Source: Candidatus Obscuribacterales bacterium (GTDB lineage Bacteria > Cyanobacteriota > Vampirovibrionia > Obscuribacterales > Obscuribacteraceae). From it: a stretch of 64,000 bases of DNA. How positions within the stretch are numbered: the stretch's first letter is position 1; the number at the start of each line of letters is the position of its first letter. Positions 58,684-64,000 of this stretch are shown here, in pieces. A program made the translations under genes and the position numbers. Below the pieces are notes generated by a model that was not told the origin of the DNA, ran no database searches, and saw only the letters and a program-made list of their open reading frames with translations. The DNA lies in assembly GCA_965228855.1 (NCBI GenBank), contig CBDDIJ010000003.1, positions 3,456,001-3,520,000 on the forward strand, written 5' to 3'.

Positions 58684-60984
58684 CTAATTTTCAACACTCA
58701 CATTAACATCCCGACTCGACAAGACCTTGCAATGAGTCGATCCATCCTTTTCGCGTTCAAACTGAAGATCGCATATTCCCTTTCCAACTCGAATTCCCCG
58801 GACCTCGACGTGCTCGAGCCACTCCGGCAAAGCTGGTCGAACGACGCGGAGCGAACCGCTTTGCGCATCAGGTGTTAAACCGAGGCAACCGCTTAGCATT
58901 TGAAAAACGCTACCCGCAGCCCATGCTTGCGGCGCACACGAAACCGGATACCACACCGGTCTATCAAAATTTCTATCGCTAAAGCCGCAAAATAATTCAG
59001 GCAATCGCATGTCGGGACGGAACTTCGAAGTCTCGAACAAACCGCTCATTACTCGAAGAGCATCAGCACTTCGACCAATTCGGCAAAGTCCTTCGATTGA
59101 CATTGCATTGTCGTGCGGCCAGACAGACCCATTGTGGTAACTCATTGGATTGTATGCCGTCTGAGACGAAGCCAACGTTCTGATGCCCCAGCCGCAGAAC
59201 ATCTCGTCGCTCATCAAAATATCTGCGCACTCCGTCGCTGCTTTTTCGTTGAGAATTCCTGTGGCGAGCAGATGACCGATGTTCGACGAGTAAACATCAC
59301 ATTGCTTGCCGTCACCATCAAGAGCGAGTGCTATGCCACGCTTCTCCGGCATCCAAAAGTCTCTATTGAAACGGGTTTTCAGAGCCGCCGCTTTTTCGGA
59401 GAGCGCATTTGCTTGCTCTTCATTTCCAATTGCTTTCGCCATTTGCGCGGCTTTAAACCATGCCGTATACAAGTATCCTTGCGGTTCGCATAGAGCAATC
59501 GGAGCTTTTGCGAGTTTGCCATTCGCATACATCACTGAGTCGGCCGAATCCTTCCACCCCTGATTGCTGAGCGCCGCACCCTCTTTTCCACCGTAGCGCA
59601 AATACCCTGACGCAGATTCTAAATTCAGATAATCAAGCGCGCGTTCGATCTCAGGCCAGTGCTTTTTTATGAAACCAATGTCGCCGGTCTGATCGAAATA
59701 TCGCGATACTAAGACCAACCACAATGGCGTACCATCCACCGTGCCGTAATACGGCGTGAAGGCAATCTCCTTCATCCGTGCCATCTCGCCGAGACGAAGT
59801 TCATGCATGATTCGTCCGGGCTTTTCCTCGGTATAACTGTCGTTCTGTTTCCCTTGATACGCGGCTAGAACTTCGATCACATCTTTTGCGAGCGTTGGAA
59901 AAAACATCAGCGTTTGCATCGCCGTGATTTCCTGGTCACGACCAAACGCAACGGCAAACCAAGGAATGCCTGCAGCCAAGCAATTTCCGCGAGGTGTCGG
60001 TTGGCGCAAAATGTACAGATCTCGTACACTCCGCTCCATCAAGCGATCAAATTCGGTATTACTGGTGGTGACTCGCGCAGTCGTGTCACGCCAGTCCTTG
60101 TAAGCGAGGTCGGCACTTTCCTTCTCGGTATCAAATGTGGTGACTTTGGAGTTGGCCTGAAACGCCGCATCAAAAGAAGTTCCTACCGCCATGTTGATGA
60201 CTTTTGTCTGCTGACCATTTAAATGAAACTTGAAAACGGTTCTGTCCTTCTGTACAGAGGCCGCCTTTTCATCAAACATCAAACGTGTCGACATGACTTT
60301 GTTGTCGAGTCCGCCATAAGAAATAACCACGCTGCTGGTAACGGCTGTTTCATCGGGCAAAATAGTCTCTTTGAGCTGACCGCGAGCTTTGCGTCCCATG
60401 CCGCGAACCTCAAACATGTCGGCATAATCACTGGCAAATTTAATTTCCAGAGTCACATCTACAGCCGAGTTTCCAAAATTTGTGACGGTCAATTTTTCAA
60501 AAACTCCGTCATTCACCACCACATCGCGCTTCAACATGATCTGCTGCTCAGCCGCACCAGAAGCGGTGTCTGCCGCATTACCGTAAAGAAAACGACCGGC
60601 ATAGCCCTCATCGGTCGAAGCGGACAACAAGACGGGGCTGTGACCATTCAAGGTCATATCCAGCATGCTCAGATAGCGAGTGTCGTCCTTGTACAACCCG
60701 TATCCATAGGAGGTTCCGTCGGGCATCAAACCGCTCTCATCCATCACGAGAAAGTGTGCGCCGTTTTTCAAGACCAAACGAGGATGATTTAAAATCGCAG
60801 GCTTGATGGACGTATCAAGCGTCTTTCTGGCGACGGTTTCCAGCGTCTCCTTAGCGGCAGTTTCAGACGCTTGTGCAATTAATCTTTGCGCTGTTTCAGC
60901 GCATCCATACTGCGAGCTGCTGACAAGGAGAAAAGCACTGAGAGCCGAGCCTAAAGCAAATTGATTGAGTTTTATCATAGCCAC
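58684..60984 (-). CDS. amylo-alpha-1,6-glucosidase / glycogen debranching enzyme family
   Basis: GLYKDDTRYLS, DYADMFEVRG, AAGIPWF..FGRD, PGRIMHE, YYGTVDGTPL, NQGWKDS, YHNGSVWPHDN, RLPELF and CAPQAW. Confidence 0.92.
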   Translation of the reverse strand: MAMIKLNQFALGSALSAFLLVSSSQYGCAETAQRLIAQASETAAKETLETVARKTLDTSIKPAILNHPRLVLKNGAHFLVMDESGLMPDGTSYGYGLYKDDTRYLSMLDMTLNGHSPVLLSASTDEGYAGRFLYGNAADTASGAAEQQIMLKRDVVVNDGVFEKLTVTNFGNSAVDVTLEIKFASDYADMFEVRGMGRKARGQLKETILPDETAVTSSVVISYGGLDNKVMSTRLMFDEKAASVQKDRTVFKFHLNGQQTKVINMAVGTSFDAAFQANSKVTTFDTEKESADLAYKDWRDTTARVTTSNTEFDRLMERSVRDLYILRQPTPRGNCLAAGIPWFAVAFGRDQEITAMQTLMFFPTLAKDVIEVLAAYQGKQNDSYTEEKPGRIMHELRLGEMARMKEIAFTPYYGTVDGTPLWLVLVSRYFDQTGDIGFIKKHWPEIERALDYLNLESASGYLRYGGKEGAALSNQGWKDSADSVMYANGKLAKAPIALCEPQGYLYTAWFKAAQMAKAIGNEEQANALSEKAAALKTRFNRDFWMPEKRGIALALDGDGKQCDVYSSNIGHLLATGILNEKAATECADILMSDEMFCGWGIRTLASSQTAYNPMSYHNGSVWPHDNAMSIEGLCRIGRSADALRVMSGLFETSKFRPDMRLPELFCGFSDRNFDRPVWYPVSCAPQAWAAGSVFQMLSGCLGLTPDAQSGSLRVVRPALPEWLEHVEVRGIRVGKGICDLQFEREKDGSTHCKVLSSRDVNVSVEN

Positions 60985-61221
60985 CGATTGTACCGTATCT
61001 CATATACTTGTCCGCAACATTCGCTTGAGGCTGCCAAAATCTGAGTCTCCAAGCAACAACGCGTGCCCTGAATGCTTGGAAACGATTGCCAAAGAGGCAA
61101 AGTGCTGCAAACTTTGTACTTCGGCAGTAGCTTAAACAGCCTCGATCGCTCAAGAACGTGATTGCTCAGCCTTTTATCCGGGTATATATCCCACAAAAGG
61201 TATCACGGAGGCTCGATCAAA

Positions 61222-61902
61222 GTGGCTAAGCAAGAACGTCGCGAGAAGATGTCCCTGGACCTCGCCTATGAAGTCTACTGCAATACCATTAAAGCTGGTG
61301 GTTCGGTCGAGTTACACGCCATCGCAGAAGCGATCAAAACAGTGAAGAGCGCAATGCACGCAAGTAGCTCCGGAGCAGTCAGGCTGACCGACCGTCTATG
61401 GTATCGCATACAGCAAGCGCTTTTCGACAAAATCCTGACGAACTACTCGGCTAGAATCGAAGTGCTTACCGAGCGCCGGGAAGCAGTAAGCGCCGGCGTG
61501 GACATCCCTCAAACGGGGCTAATGAGAATCTATCCGGAGGGGCTGCGGAGACTGGACGACTGGTTTGAGCTACCGGTGATGGATCTTCACGACATGACCG
61601 TAAAGAAGGTTTCCAAAGTTCGTGCTCAACACGGAGACCGGATAAGCCACGAATATTTTATAGACCTTCATATCGAGTGCGCCGGCGCATGTATGATGCC
61701 ACCTGATATCGTGTTCGGGCATGAGCGTTTACGCGATGAAACGCGCCAGGGACGCGAACTTGCATTCAGCGAGTGGTGGGACCTGTACTGGCGCGCCTAT
61801 TGCACTCCGGACCCGGAGGAGCTAACGACCGTGCGCGAGCGCATGGCAATGCTAGAGTCAGTCTGGGGAGACCTGTCGATAGTTGCAGCCGGTGTCGCCT
61901 AG
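61222..61902 (+). CDS. hypothetical protein
   Basis: GTG at 61222 after GGAGG (or ATG at 61249); long ORF. Confidence 0.65.
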   Translation: MAKQERREKMSLDLAYEVYCNTIKAGGSVELHAIAEAIKTVKSAMHASSSGAVRLTDRLWYRIQQALFDKILTNYSARIEVLTERREAVSAGVDIPQTGLMRIYPEGLRRLDDWFELPVMDLHDMTVKKVSKVRAQHGDRISHEYFIDLHIECAGACMMPPDIVFGHERLRDETRQGRELAFSEWWDLYWRAYCTPDPEELTTVRERMAMLESVWGDLSIVAAGVA

Positions 61903-61921
61903 TTAGGACGACGTTCCAAAA

Positions 61922-62494
61922 CTACTTCAATGAGTTTATAAAGCCTTTGAATGCCGGCTGATAGTTCCAATTGGTCGGGTCGTGATAGTCATTTTCAATC
62001 CGCATGTATTTCTTAGGCGCAGTCGCCATAGCGAATAGCTCGTCGGAATTACTGATTGATATCACTTGGTCCAACGTCCCATGAACCAGCAGTAGTGGCG
62101 GGTGGCTTCCCGTTACGCAAGTACGGCATTCCAATTCGCGCGATGGAAACATGAAGCGCGGATAGACGAGCAGAAATGGATAACGCTGTTTCGCGCAATC
62201 GATCAATGATGCATATGGAGAATAGAGAATTAGACCTCCGCTTGTTCTCTTCTCCGTAACATACGCAGCCACCCCGGTTCCAAGCGACTCGCCGCAGTTG
62301 ATGATGTTCTTCGAAAGCACCTTTCTGCCTTCGCAAATGAAATCGAAAGCGGATAAACCATTTTCAAGCAGCCCTTCAATTGATGGCTCGCCTTCGCTTC
62401 TGCCAAATCCCTGGTAATCATAAAGGAGTACATTCACGTCACAGTCTAAGAACATTCCCGCGGCAAAATAAGCCGATCTTGTCGCCGTTTTCAT
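61922..62494 (-). CDS. alpha/beta hydrolase (ABHD/BEM46-like), possibly N-terminally truncated
   Basis: YDYQGFGRSEG, GESLG nucleophile, VHGTLD and a His near the C-terminus; lacks the usual upstream HGN loop. Confidence 0.7.
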   Translation of the reverse strand: MKTATRSAYFAAGMFLDCDVNVLLYDYQGFGRSEGEPSIEGLLENGLSAFDFICEGRKVLSKNIINCGESLGTGVAAYVTEKRTSGGLILYSPYASLIDCAKQRYPFLLVYPRFMFPSRELECRTCVTGSHPPLLLVHGTLDQVISISNSDELFAMATAPKKYMRIENDYHDPTNWNYQPAFKGFINSLK

Positions 62495-62625
62495 ACATAA
62501 CTAATAACAATACGGACTGGCTTACGCTATGGAACGGCAAACAGTTAATTAAGTGTTTGCCGTTTAGCCGCTCTGTCTGATTTAATTACGGTGCAAGAAC
62601 CTTCAATGGCTATGAAAAACTTTCG

Positions 62626-63501
62626 ATGAAAACACGAAGAGAATTTCTTAAGATGACTGGTATCGCTATTGGTACCATAAGCGGATTGAGACTCCCGGCT
62701 TTTGGGGACGAATTGAACAACTTTCAAGGCGAAGATGTCTTCGAACGAATTATGCAAAACGCAGTTGCTTGGAAGCGGCTTCCCATAGGCGAATTGATGG
62801 GAAAAATCGCACGCGAATTTGAGGGTACGCCGTATAAGCCTGGAACACTGGAACTAAGCTACGACAAAGAGATTTGCTCTGTAAATCTGACCGGTCTCGA
62901 TTGCGTCACATTTTTTGAGACAACTTTAGACTTTGCTCGCATGCTAAAACATGGCGGTAAAACTCCTGCGGATCTGCTGAAGGAGGTGCAATTCACTCGA
63001 TACCGGGGCGGCGTAAAAGGCGACTACAGTTCCCGACTGCACTACACCAGTGATTGGCTTTACGACAACGTAAAGAAGGGTACGGTGCGAATCTTGGGAG
63101 ACCTGCCAGGAGCGGAAGACTACAAACCGAATGTTCACTTTATGTCTGAACATCCACAAAGTTATCCACAGCTCGCTACCCATCCAGAATTGCTCGCAAA
63201 AGTCAAAAAATTCGAAACACTGATTAACAGCCGAACTCTCCGATATGTTCCAATCGACAAAATCGCCGGTGCTGAATCGAGTTTGAAAACCGGTGATATC
63301 GTCGGCGTATGCACCAGTACACCAGGATTGGACATTACGCACACAGGCATTGTCGTCTGCGACGAAAACGGAAACCCTCGCTTCATGCACGCGTCATCGC
63401 TTAAGACGAATTACAAGGTTATGATAAAACCGGGTCCGATGAGTACTGCTCTCGCTTGGGCGAAAACCAACACTGGAGCGGTTTTCGCTAGACCGCTCTA
63501 A
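62626..63501 (+). CDS. DUF1460 / N-acetylmuramoyl-L-alanine amidase-like protein with Tat signal
   Basis: TRREFLK Tat motif, GTPY..GTLE, LDCVTF, RLHYTSDW, GLDITHTG and MHASS. Confidence 0.85.
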   Translation: MKTRREFLKMTGIAIGTISGLRLPAFGDELNNFQGEDVFERIMQNAVAWKRLPIGELMGKIAREFEGTPYKPGTLELSYDKEICSVNLTGLDCVTFFETTLDFARMLKHGGKTPADLLKEVQFTRYRGGVKGDYSSRLHYTSDWLYDNVKKGTVRILGDLPGAEDYKPNVHFMSEHPQSYPQLATHPELLAKVKKFETLINSRTLRYVPIDKIAGAESSLKTGDIVGVCTSTPGLDITHTGIVVCDENGNPRFMHASSLKTNYKVMIKPGPMSTALAWAKTNTGAVFARPL

Positions 63502-63603
63502 CCTTCCATTGCATTTTTACAACTTTCGCGACAGAAAGAGCTGGTGTCTTGCTGAGATTTCCAGTTAAACCGGGTTGCGGAACGTCAAGATTGGCACTGG
63601 AAG

Positions 63604-63629
63604 GGAACTCTTACGGACTGTTCGCGTCT
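63604..63629 (+). promoter_or_regulatory. candidate ECF-sigma promoter
   Basis: GGAAC-N16-CGTCT upstream of the last gene. Confidence 0.3.
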
Positions 63630-63691
63630 GGAATTTAGAGCGAAAATCCGATTCCGCCACTTACTAATTGACCAGGAACGGAGGGAGAACC

Positions 63692-64000
63692 ATGAAAATT
63701 AGAGGAGTAAAACTCTTAGGTATAAATCTCATAGCTGCAACGCTGGGAGTTTGCTTGTCTCAGCCAGTGCTCGCTAACGACATCAACACATACCTGCAGG
63801 ACTACTTTGGCGGAGTCAGAAACAGCGTCAACTTTGCCGAGGCACAGCGTATGTCGCAACTGGACGCCGACCGCGCAGAAATCGATGGAAGAATTTCAGC
63901 AGCAGTTAGTGCCGGTCGGATCAACGGCGGTCAAGCTGCTGACTTTCACGCGCAGCTTCGAAACAACCGAGCGCTTGAATTTCAATTGGCACGCGACGGT
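63692..64000 (+). CDS. secreted hypothetical protein (runs off the window edge)
   Basis: Not in the ORF track. GGAGGGAG RBS then MKIRGVKLLGINLIAATLGVCLSQPVLA|NDINTYLQDYF..., open to the end of the window. Confidence 0.7.
   Translation, partial: MKIRGVKLLGINLIAATLGVCLSQPVLANDINTYLQDYFGGVRNSVNFAEAQRMSQLDADRAEIDGRISAAVSAGRINGGQAADFHAQLRNNRALEFQLARDG

Overview
Bacterial chromosomal DNA, gene-dense, with about 50 CDS and no rRNA, tRNA or CRISPR array that I can see. The gene content suggests a non-photosynthetic cyanobacterial relative (Vampirovibrionia/Obscuribacterales-like), but this is inference: Hanks kinase-TM-LRR paralogs, a Sel1/caspase/TPR protein, a degenerate GGDEF protein, Tad-like pseudopilins and many secreted orphans. 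Recognisable genes are topB (5' part), a Tag-family glycosylase, SanA, RmuC, a TM0106-type nuclease-helicase, a WYL regulator, an OPT transporter, a serpin, a delta-9 desaturase, a PAS histidine kinase, an acyltransferase, a GT4, a TldD/PmbA pair, XdhC-MocA, a glycogen-debranching enzyme and a DUF1460-type amidase. The most interesting region is 9.8-18.6 kb. A group IIB intron (14922-16960) has recognisable ribozyme elements (EBS1 matching IBS1, DV, DVI) but a broken RT ORF, and sits between the divergent nuclease-helicase/rmuC operon and the WYL gene. Removing the intron in silico rebuilds a second copy of a 27-bp palindrome found intact just downstream of the WYL gene (18068-18094). In both copies TCGCAG is followed exactly 10 bp later by a TANNNT -10 hexamer, the same geometry as PafBC-activated promoters. 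This suggests an undescribed WYL-activated, probably DNA-damage regulon (nuclease-helicase + RmuC, and an 82-aa monocistronic protein) in which one operator has been invaded by a group II intron.
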